A DNA stretch of 40,627 bases from Actinomycetota bacterium (GTDB taxonomy: Bacteria; Actinomycetota; UBA4738; CALAEC01). The DNA is taken from the NCBI GenBank assembly GCA_036374395.1, contig DASUTW010000060.1, positions 1 through 40,627 of the forward strand, given 5' to 3'. The position numbers and the translations under genes are program-made. The notes under the pieces were generated by a model. That model worked only from the letters and a program-made list of their open reading frames with translations. It had not been told where the DNA came from and ran no database searches. Each line of letters opens with the position of its first letter. The first letter of the stretch is position 1. Below are positions 17,736-24,941 of this stretch, in pieces.

Positions 17736-18697
17736 CCCCGGCCCCGCTGAAGGGCCTCCCGGGCCAGGTCGTCCAGCCACCGCTGGGCCTCCCGCCGCCA
17801 CTCCTCATCCTCCGGACGACTACGGATCAGCCGGAACACCCTGTCGGAGCCCGCGGCGGGGTGGAGCAGGGCCACGGCCGCCCGGCCCACCGACCGGAGG
17901 TCGCCCATCGAGACGGCCATGGCGTAGTGCCCCGCCGCCCTGCCCCGCCGGCCCGCCCGGAGCCACGCCCAGGCCGCCCGGCGCTGCATGGCAGCTCGGT
18001 CGACGGGGATCCCGTATCGCTCGGCCAGCAGGTCGGGCTCGCGGACGATCGACGCAGTCTCCAGCGGCACGTTCGAGGGATGGAACCTGTATGCGACCAG
18101 CGGCCGGGGCACCCACGCCGGCGGCCCCACCCGCGCCAGACGGATCCACATGTCCCAGTCTTCCGTGCGCTTGAGCGTGGTGTCGAATGCCCCGACGTGG
18201 ACGAGCGCCTCCATGCTGACCACCACGTTCGACGCCCCCGTGGGCACGGGGTTGTATCTCGGGAGGGCGGCCACCACCTCCTCCGGATCGGGGGGCAGGC
18301 TGCCCGTCAGGACCCGCAGGTCCGCGTCCACGTTGACGTCCCCCCCGTACACCCACGCCCGCCCCGAGACCCTGGCGGCCTGGAGCTGCCGGACCAGCTT
18401 GTCGGGCGCCCAGAGGTCGTCGTCGTCGAGGAAGGCGACCCAAGCGCCGCGGGCCTCGTTGATGCCCCGATTCCGGGCGGCGCTCACTCCCATGGAGCGC
18501 TCTTCTCGGAGGAGCCGCACCCGCGGGTCGTCCAGGCCCGGAACCGATGGCGCGGAAGCGGACCCATCGTCGACCACGATGACCTCGACCTCCACGTCCA
18601 GCTGCCGCAGGGCGCTCGCCAGGGTAAGTCTCAGGACGTCGCCGCGGTCGCGGGTGGGGATCACCACGGACACGTCCGGCGTCCTCGAGGCCACCAC
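17732..18697 (-). CDS. Glycosyltransferase family 2 (paralog group)
   Basis: Motifs are 'VSVVIPTRDR', 'VIVVDDGS', 'ARNRGINEARGAWVAFLDDDDLWAPDKL' and 'EDWDMWIRLA'. GTG 18697 lies 4 nt downstream of the previous stop. Confidence 0.88.
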   Translation of the reverse strand: MVASRTPDVSVVIPTRDRGDVLRLTLASALRQLDVEVEVIVVDDGSASAPSVPGLDDPRVRLLREERSMGVSAARNRGINEARGAWVAFLDDDDLWAPDKLVRQLQAARVSGRAWVYGGDVNVDADLRVLTGSLPPDPEEVVAALPRYNPVPTGASNVVVSMEALVHVGAFDTTLKRTEDWDMWIRLARVGPPAWVPRPLVAYRFHPSNVPLETASIVREPDLLAERYGIPVDRAAMQRRAAWAWLRAGRRGRAAGHYAMAVSMGDLRSVGRAAVALLHPAAGSDRVFRLIRSRPEDEEWRREAQRWLDDLAREALQRGRG

Positions 18698-18701
18698 GGC
18701 G

Positions 18702-20195
18702 TCAGCGCTCCTTCACCGCCACCATCACCACGTTCTTCCCCAGGGGCGGGTGCCGGAGGAAACGCTGGATCCACCGGCTCAGGGGCACCATCAGCCGGTC
18801 GTACCCCCACACGGTGGAGCTCCCGATGCTGGTCCGGTGGAGCCACCTGTAGACCACGAGGTACGGGAGGACCCCGACCACGTCGAAGTAGTAGAGCGAC
18901 ACCACCCGCAGGCCGGCGGCGTCGGCGAGCCGCCGGAGCCGCCCCAACGAGTAGCGGCGGTAGTGCCCGGCCTTGTGGTCGAGGAGGCTGTACAGGCGCT
19001 CCAGGGCCGGCCCGAACACCAGCAGCGCGCCGCCCGGCCGGAGGGCCTCGGCGGCCATCCGCACCTCCTTCTCGTCCTCCTCGATGTGCTCAAGAACGTT
19101 GACGTACAGCGCCGCGTCGAAGGATTCGAAGGCCCGGCGCCCGTAGTCAACCAGGGTCTCCCTGCGGGCCTCCACCCGCCGGGTAAGGGCGGCGTACGGC
19201 TCGAGCTGGGCGAACATGTTCTCGGCGGGCTCCAGGGCCACGATCGACATGTCCGGAAATCGCTCCACCAGCTTCCGAGTGATCGTCCCGGCGCCGGCCC
19301 CCACCTCCAGGACCCGGCCCCGAAGGTACGGGCCAAAGTCGTCCAGCACCCAGTCGAAGAAGTGCTTGCTGGCCGCCAGGCATTCGAGGTCCTCCTCCGC
19401 GGCGAAGTGTTCGACCGGGAAAGCGCGCCCCGCGGGGGACAGGCGGCGCCGGCGGAACCGCAGCACGTCCGTCCGGAGAGCCACCAGATGGGAAACGAAC
19501 TCCCCCAAGTCCCTCATCCGGAGCCCGCCCCCGCCGGCGATCGGCCGCCGGTAGATGATCGAGGCTTCCCCCACCCGGTAGCCCTTGGCGATGGCCGTGG
19601 CCACGAAGGCGGTGTGGAGGCTGTAGCTGTTCACCGGTATCTCCCCGAACCGGAACTCTCGCACCACGTCCGTGCGGGCCACCCGAAAGCTGGTGGTGGC
19701 GTCGGCCACACGAGGCGTGGACGTGATCAGGCGGAACGCCGCGTTGGCCGCCTTGCCAAGCGCCCACCGGGAGAAGGCCATCCCAGGGGTACCGCTCCCA
19801 GGGGCCCATCGCGACCCGATCACCACGTCGAGACGGCGATCGACGAGGACGTCCACGAGGTTGGGGATCTGGCTGGGATCGTGCCGGCCGTTGGCATCGA
19901 GGGTGACCACCAGGTCGCTCCTCCCCTCCTCGACCACCCGCCGGAACCCCTCCAGGTAGGCGAGCGCGGGACCGGCCGGCGGTGCCGGGAAGGTGATCAG
20001 GGTGATCCCCAGCTCCTCGGCCACCTCAGTGGCCGTGGCCCCGCAGGCGCCGTCGTCGAACAGGAGAACGTCGAGGTCGATCCCCCGGGCCCGGAGGGCG
20101 TACGCCGCCACGGCGACCTCGCGGAGGACCGGACCGATCGCCGGCCCGACGTCGTAGGCGGGCAGGATGATGGTGGCCGCTTCCACTCGGTTCAT
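18702..20195 (-). CDS. Bifunctional protein: DPM1/Ppm1-like GT2 domain fused to a class I SAM-dependent methyltransferase
   Basis: The N-terminal half has 'TIILPAYD', 'LLFDDGA', 'VTLDANGRHDPSQIP', 'VVIGSRW' and 'DATTSFRV', which together look like polyprenol-phosphate-sugar synthase motifs. The C-terminal half has 'VLEVGAGAGTIT' (motif I), 'YVNVLEHI' and 'LRPGGALLVFGP'. The start is ATG 20195 ('MNRVEAATIILP') or GTG 20234. Confidence 0.85.
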   Translation of the reverse strand: MNRVEAATIILPAYDVGPAIGPVLREVAVAAYALRARGIDLDVLLFDDGACGATATEVAEELGITLITFPAPPAGPALAYLEGFRRVVEEGRSDLVVTLDANGRHDPSQIPNLVDVLVDRRLDVVIGSRWAPGSGTPGMAFSRWALGKAANAAFRLITSTPRVADATTSFRVARTDVVREFRFGEIPVNSYSLHTAFVATAIAKGYRVGEASIIYRRPIAGGGGLRMRDLGEFVSHLVALRTDVLRFRRRRLSPAGRAFPVEHFAAEEDLECLAASKHFFDWVLDDFGPYLRGRVLEVGAGAGTITRKLVERFPDMSIVALEPAENMFAQLEPYAALTRRVEARRETLVDYGRRAFESFDAALYVNVLEHIEEDEKEVRMAAEALRPGGALLVFGPALERLYSLLDHKAGHYRRYSLGRLRRLADAAGLRVVSLYYFDVVGVLPYLVVYRWLHRTSIGSSTVWGYDRLMVPLSRWIQRFLRHPPLGKNVVMVAVKER

Positions 20196-20312
20196 ACCGT
20201 ATCTGCCTCGAGCCAGGATCGGCCTCGGGAGCACCGACGAGGTGCCTCGATCCGGCCGCTCCAGGGTAGCCGCTCTCGGCGAGCTTCAGCATCACCATCG
20301 GGCATCTGCGCG

Positions 20313-20318
20313 TACTGT
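20313..20318 (+). promoter_or_regulatory. Candidate -10 hexamer (TACTGT) positioned for a leaderless transcript of the GT4 gene
   Basis: It matches TANNNT and ends 6 nt before ATG 20325. No SD lies upstream of that ATG. It sits in the divergent intergenic region 20196-20324. Confidence 0.2.
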
Positions 20319-20324
20319 AGGGCG

Positions 20325-21443
20325 ATGCGGCTTGCTCACGTGGTCCCGCGGGAGGAACAACCGTGGTCCGGGATCCTCACCGTGATCGTGCACCTCACCG
20401 CGGCCCTGCGCCGGCAGGGCCACGAGGTCGAGGTGTGGCAGCTCCACCGCTGGAACGATCGCTACGCGGCGCAGCGCCGCGTCCTTGAGGCCGCCGAGGT
20501 GGTGGAGATCCCCGTGGCGGTGGACGCCCCCGCGTGGCGGGTGGGTCGGATCGCCGCCTCGCTGGCCGAGAAGCGGAGCATCGACGTCGTCCACCTCCAC
20601 GGGGCGTTCAACATCTGGACCGCGCTCGTCGGCCGGGCCCTCCGCCGTCCCTACGTCTTCTCCCCGCACAGCGGCTACGATCCCGTGTCGCTGCGACGGA
20701 GCCGGTTCCGCAAGACGGTCTACGGGCTCGCCTTCGAGCGGACCCTCCTCCGCCGGGCCGCGCTCCTCGTGGGCCTCACCGAAGTCGAGGTGGCCCAGCT
20801 CCGGGCTCGGGGGGCTCGCGGCCCCGCCGTGGTCATCCCCAACGGGGTGGCCCCGCCCCCGGAGGGGGTGGACCCTGCGGCCTTCCGAGAGGAATTGGGC
20901 ATCTCGCCCCACGCGCCTTTGGCCCTGTTCGTGGGGCGCCTCGACGTCCACCGGAAGGGGCTGGACGTCCTGGTCGAAGGGATCGCCGACGCTCCGGGAT
21001 GGCACCTGGCCCTGGTCGGTCCTCGGTTCCGGGACGTGGAGCGCCTGGAGGCCGCGATCCGCCATCCGGACCTGAGAGACCGCGTCCACCTCGTCGGAGT
21101 CAGGTACGGGGACGCTCTGAGCCAGGCCCTGGCAGGGGCCACAGTCTTCGCCCTCCTGTCCCGGTGGGAGGGCCTGCCGATGGCCCTGCTGGAAGCCCTG
21201 TCGCTCGGGACCCCAGCCGTAGTCAGCCCGGCCGTGGAGGGCTTGGTCCCGGTGGCCGCGTCGGGAGCGGGCTGGGTCGCGGACGACGGGCGCCTTGTGG
21301 ACGTCCTCCGCGAGGCGGCGTCGGGCGCCGCGGCCCGCGCCGAGGCGGCCCGAGCACTGGCCAGCCGGTACGACTGGGATGCCGTGGCCCGCGAGTACGG
21401 TGCCGCCTACCGGCGGGCCCGCGACCGGGTCGCTACGGCGTAA
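20325..21443 (+). CDS. Glycosyltransferase family 4
   Basis: Motifs are 'MRLAHVVPREEQPWSGI', 'FVGRLDVHRKGLDVL' and 'SRWEGLPMALLEALSLGTPAVVS'. This is only the last 372 codons of the listed 1151-aa ORF. The rest of that ORF is antisense to the minus-strand operon. Confidence 0.85.
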   Translation: MRLAHVVPREEQPWSGILTVIVHLTAALRRQGHEVEVWQLHRWNDRYAAQRRVLEAAEVVEIPVAVDAPAWRVGRIAASLAEKRSIDVVHLHGAFNIWTALVGRALRRPYVFSPHSGYDPVSLRRSRFRKTVYGLAFERTLLRRAALLVGLTEVEVAQLRARGARGPAVVIPNGVAPPPEGVDPAAFREELGISPHAPLALFVGRLDVHRKGLDVLVEGIADAPGWHLALVGPRFRDVERLEAAIRHPDLRDRVHLVGVRYGDALSQALAGATVFALLSRWEGLPMALLEALSLGTPAVVSPAVEGLVPVAASGAGWVADDGRLVDVLREAASGAAARAEAARALASRYDWDAVAREYGAAYRRARDRVATA

Positions 21444-22962
21444 CCTGCGCCGGCCGGTACAGGTGGTACCCGCCGAAGGTCCGGTCCCAGCGGTAGGCCT
21501 CCCGCATCGCCGCTACCACACGGGTCCCGAAGTGGTAGTCGCGCCACCATCCGTCGTTCCCCTCCAGGGTCTCCACGAGCACGAGGGCGTCGAACTCCTG
21601 CTCTCGGATCCGGTCCACCAGGTCGTCGACGAGTTCTGGCTCCCGCCGGTCGATCCGGTTGAGCATGAACGGGTCGAACACCACCGGCGTCTGACCTCGG
21701 AGGGCCGGGAGGCCCGGGTCCTCCGAGAGCAGGGTCGCTCCGGCGGGCAGCTCCCCTGCCAGCGGGTCAGGGCGGAAGGGAGACTCGGCACCGAGGACGA
21801 TCTTCCCGGCCTCCTTCAGGTCCTCGCGCATGTGAACGGCAACGCCCGTGAACGTGACCCACACGAGGGCCACGGCCACCACCGACGCGAACACCTCGTC
21901 CCCACGCTCTCCGAACGCCGCCGTTAGCTGTCCGGTGACCAGCGCCATCAGCACGACGAGGTCGATGAGCTGGTTGGAGCCGGTCCCGATGTCCGCGAAC
22001 ACTACCAGCAGGATCGCGGCGGCGAACAGGAGGCCCCAGGCGAAGACGCTCGGCTCCACCCGCCGCAGGGTCAGCAGCCCGAACGCCGCCACAGGGAGGA
22101 GGACCCATTGGGCCACCGCCCCCTCGAACACGGCGTCGAGGAACCGGAGCGGAGCGGTCGCGGCGTCGCCCACGCTCAGGATCCCGCCCGCCGCGAACCG
22201 GACCAGGTTGTCGTACATCCGCCCGTCCGAGGCAACGTGGAGGAGCCCCAGAGACACCACAGTCAGGCCCACGAACGACCCCGCGAATACCAGGAGCCTG
22301 CGGCGGTCTCGGGGCCACAGCCACACGGCGAGCGCGAGGGGGGCCCACAGCGCATTGAACCGCGACAGAAGGGCCAGGGTGCACAGCGCCCCGGCCCCCA
22401 CCGCCCGGGCGTCGCTCCGAGTCCGCAGGACCAACGCCACCGCGGCGAGCTGGAAGAGGACCGGCAGGACGTCGCCGCCCACGCTCGTGCCACCAAGCAG
22501 CCCGGCGCCCCCGGCCACCACCGCGGCGGTGAGACCGAAAGCGACGGGACGGGGGGAGCCGAGCCGGACCAAGGTGACGTAGAGGAGGACCAGGAGCGCG
22601 GCCGTGGCCAGGAGCGCCACCAGCTTGCCCGAGGTCAGGTACTCGCCGGTGACCCGCGCCACCAGCCCGTGGAGGACGAACGGACCAGGCATGTACCGGA
22701 CCCCCCCATAGTGAGCCCCGTCGAAGATCTGCGGGTACAGGCCCTCCGCGTCGAGATGCTGGGCCAGGGCGATCCAGACGCCCTGGCGGTGCCGGACCTG
22801 GTACCGATCCCCCAGGTGCACCACGGCCAGGAACAGCCATGACGCCACGACCCCGGCGCTGGTCAGGATGAGCGCGCCTCGTAGCCACCGGGTCAGTCGG
22901 GCGGGGAGCCGCGGAAAGGCGTCACCGACCGATGGTCCCACGCGGGGATCGTCGCGAAGCAT
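21433..22962 (-). CDS. Polytopic membrane protein, GT-C-fold-like glycosyltransferase candidate (family member C)
   Basis: Motifs are 'VHLGDRY', 'YGGVRYMPGPFVLH', 'TGEYLTSGKLVAL', and C-terminal 'LLSEDPGLPALRGQTPVVFDPF...EFDALVLV...DYHFG'. The start is ATG 22962 ('MLRDDP') or GTG 22971. Its 3' end overlaps the convergent GT4 gene by 11 nt. Confidence 0.8.
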   Translation of the reverse strand: MLRDDPRVGPSVGDAFPRLPARLTRWLRGALILTSAGVVASWLFLAVVHLGDRYQVRHRQGVWIALAQHLDAEGLYPQIFDGAHYGGVRYMPGPFVLHGLVARVTGEYLTSGKLVALLATAALLVLLYVTLVRLGSPRPVAFGLTAAVVAGGAGLLGGTSVGGDVLPVLFQLAAVALVLRTRSDARAVGAGALCTLALLSRFNALWAPLALAVWLWPRDRRRLLVFAGSFVGLTVVSLGLLHVASDGRMYDNLVRFAAGGILSVGDAATAPLRFLDAVFEGAVAQWVLLPVAAFGLLTLRRVEPSVFAWGLLFAAAILLVVFADIGTGSNQLIDLVVLMALVTGQLTAAFGERGDEVFASVVAVALVWVTFTGVAVHMREDLKEAGKIVLGAESPFRPDPLAGELPAGATLLSEDPGLPALRGQTPVVFDPFMLNRIDRREPELVDDLVDRIREQEFDALVLVETLEGNDGWWRDYHFGTRVVAAMREAYRWDRTFGGYHLYRPAQVTP

Positions 22963-22970
22963 CCGGAGCA

Positions 22971-23015
22971 CAGGATAGCCGGGGCACCGAGAGGGGCGGA
23001 AGACTCGCTATCCTG
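22971..23015. repeat. Perfect 9-bp inverted repeat CAGGATAGC-N27-GCTATCCTG in a divergent intergenic region
   Basis: I read it directly: 22971-22979 is the reverse complement of 23007-23015. It lies between the member C start (22962) and the phosphoribosyltransferase start (23043), and it is AT-richer than its surroundings. Confidence 0.6.
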
Positions 23016-23042
23016 AGCGCAGTGAGGAGGGAGACGGAGACC

Positions 23043-23954
23043 GTGGACTCCGCCCGTGCCGACGAGCCGAGCCGCGCGTCGGCCGGGTCCGTCGTCCGCG
23101 ACCTGTTGGTCACGGTACGCCCGCGGCAGTGGATCAAGAACCTCCTCGTGTTCGGCGCCCCGGCCACCGGGCGCGTCCTCTTCGAGCCCGCGGCCCTCGC
23201 CTCGACGACCCTCGCCTTCCTGGCCTTCTGCCTGGTGGCTGGCGGGACCTACATCATCAACGACATCGTCGACGCCCCTGCCGACAGGACCCACCCCGTC
23301 AAGCGCCGCCGGCCCATCGCCGCCGAGACCATCTCCTCCCGCCTGGCCGCCGTGGTGGCCTTAATCCTCCTCACCGGCGGCCTGGCCGTGGCCTTCGCCG
23401 GCGGCGGGCTGCCACTCGTGGCCGTCACGGGCGGCTACGTGGCCCTCACCCTGGCCTACACCTACTGGCTGCGCGACATCGTCTTGCTCGACATCGCGGC
23501 CATCGCCGGAGGCTTCCTCCTTCGCGCCGTGGCCGGCGGGGTGGCCACCGGCGTCCCGCTCTCCGAGTGGTTCCTCCTCGTGGCCTCGTTCGCCTCGCTG
23601 TTCCTGGCCGCGGGGAAGCGCACCGCCGAGTACGTCCGGCTGGGCGACGATCGGGGGAAGCACCGGCCGAGCTTCGACGAGTACTCGGAGACCTACCTCC
23701 GGTTCATCCAGTACAGCGCGGCCACCATCACGATCGCCGCGTACGCCCTATGGTCGTTCGAGGGGGAGACGGGCGGGACGGCGTGGTCGGGACTCTCCAT
23801 CATCCCCTTCGCGCTAGGCATCTTCCGGTACGGCCTCCTGCTCGACAAGGGGCACGGGGCGGCGCCGGAGGACGCTATCCTGTCCGATCCACCCCTGCTC
23901 GGGCTCGGGGTGGCCTGGGTCCTGCTGGTGGCCGTGGGCGTCTACGTGGGCTGA
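23043..23954 (+). CDS. Decaprenyl-phosphate 5-phosphoribosyltransferase homolog (UbiA prenyltransferase superfamily, Rv3806c-like)
   Basis: Motifs are 'RPRQWIKNLLVFGAP' and 'YIINDIVDAPADRTHPVKRRRPIAA'. About 8 TM segments are present. GTG 23043 follows 'GAGGAGGGAG' and gives 303 aa, close to my recollection of about 302 aa for Rv3806c. The listed start at 22932 would overlap the divergent gene. Confidence 0.85.
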   Translation: MDSARADEPSRASAGSVVRDLLVTVRPRQWIKNLLVFGAPATGRVLFEPAALASTTLAFLAFCLVAGGTYIINDIVDAPADRTHPVKRRRPIAAETISSRLAAVVALILLTGGLAVAFAGGGLPLVAVTGGYVALTLAYTYWLRDIVLLDIAAIAGGFLLRAVAGGVATGVPLSEWFLLVASFASLFLAAGKRTAEYVRLGDDRGKHRPSFDEYSETYLRFIQYSAATITIAAYALWSFEGETGGTAWSGLSIIPFALGIFRYGLLLDKGHGAAPEDAILSDPPLLGLGVAWVLLVAVGVYVG

Positions 23955-23963
23955 GAGGGAGCG

Positions 23964-24941
23964 ATGCCGCGGGCGTTGGTGACGGGAGGCGGGGGGTTCC
24001 TCGGATCCCACCTGTGCGAGCGTCTGCTGGCCGAGGGGTGGGAGGTCCTCGCGGTCGACTCGCTCCTCACCGGGAACAGGGACAACCTCACGGGCCTCCT
24101 CGGGCATGACGGGTTCCGCTTCGAACAGCGCGACGTCACCGAGCTGGAGGAGGACGACCCGGTCCTCGAGGAGGCCCTCGATTGGGTCCTCCACCTAGCG
24201 TCCCCGGCGTCGCCGGTCGACTACCTTGAGTTCCCCCTGGACACCCTCCGGGTGGGCTCGCTCGGGACGCTGAGACTGCTGGAGGTGGCCCGGGCGAAGG
24301 GAGCGTCGTTCTTCCTGGCCTCCACCTCGGAGGTCTACGGCGACCCCCTGGTCCACCCGCAGCCCGAGACGTACTGGGGCAACGTCAACCCGATCGGCCC
24401 GAGGAGCGTGTACGACGAGGCCAAGCGGTTCGCCGAGGACGCCACCATGGCATACCGTCGACAGCACAACCTGAAGATTCGGATCGTCCGGATCTTCAAC
24501 ACCTACGGCCCCCGGATGCGACGCGGAGACGGACGGGCCGTCCCCACGTTCATCGAGCAGGCTCTCCGCGGCGAGCCGCTCACGGTCCATGGGACCGGTA
24601 CCCAGAGCCGCTCGCTCTGCTACGTGGACGATCTGATCGAGGGCTTCTACCGCCTGATCCTGTCCGACCAGACCGGCCCCATGAACGTCGGCAACCCCGA
24701 GGAGATCGCCATCGCAGACCTGGCCACGACGATCCGGGACATCGTCGGCAGCCCCTCGGAGGTCGTCATGGTCGACCGGCCCGTGGACGATCCGGAGATG
24801 CGGCGGCCCGACATCGAGCTGGCCCGACGGGTCCTCGGCTGGGAGCCGACGGTCCCACTCCGGGACGGCCTCACCCGCACCATCGACTGGGCCCGGACCG
24901 CCTGGCGCTCCGAGGTCGGGTCCGCGGACGACCGTCCGTGA
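23964..24941 (+). CDS. uxs: UDP-glucuronate decarboxylase (UDP-xylose synthase type extended SDR)
   Basis: Motifs are '[12 protein letters not shown]', '[36 protein letters not shown]' (YxxxK) and '[10 protein letters not shown]'. The SD 'GAGGGAG' precedes ATG 23964. Confidence 0.88.
   Translation: MPRALVTGGGGFLGSHLCERLLAEGWEVLAVDSLLTGNRDNLTGLLGHDGFRFEQRDVTELEEDDPVLEEALDWVLHLASPASPVDYLEFPLDTLRVGSLGTLRLLEVARAKGASFFLASTSEVYGDPLVHPQPETYWGNVNPIGPRSVYDEAKRFAEDATMAYRRQHNLKIRIVRIFNTYGPRMRRGDGRAVPTFIEQALRGEPLTVHGTGTQSRSLCYVDDLIEGFYRLILSDQTGPMNVGNPEEIAIADLATTIRDIVGSPSEVVMVDRPVDDPEMRRPDIELARRVLGWEPTVPLRDGLTRTIDWARTAWRSEVGSADDRP

Noticed and set aside
17988-20324. The first ~780 codons of the 1151-aa plus-strand ORF (17988-21443), the longest ORF in the track.
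   Set aside because: It runs antisense to three minus-strand genes with clear GT2 and methyltransferase motifs. Its translation is low-complexity and R/P/G/H-rich with no recognisable domain. Only the last 372 codons (from ATG 20325) form a bona fide GT4. This is a typical high-GC shadow ORF.
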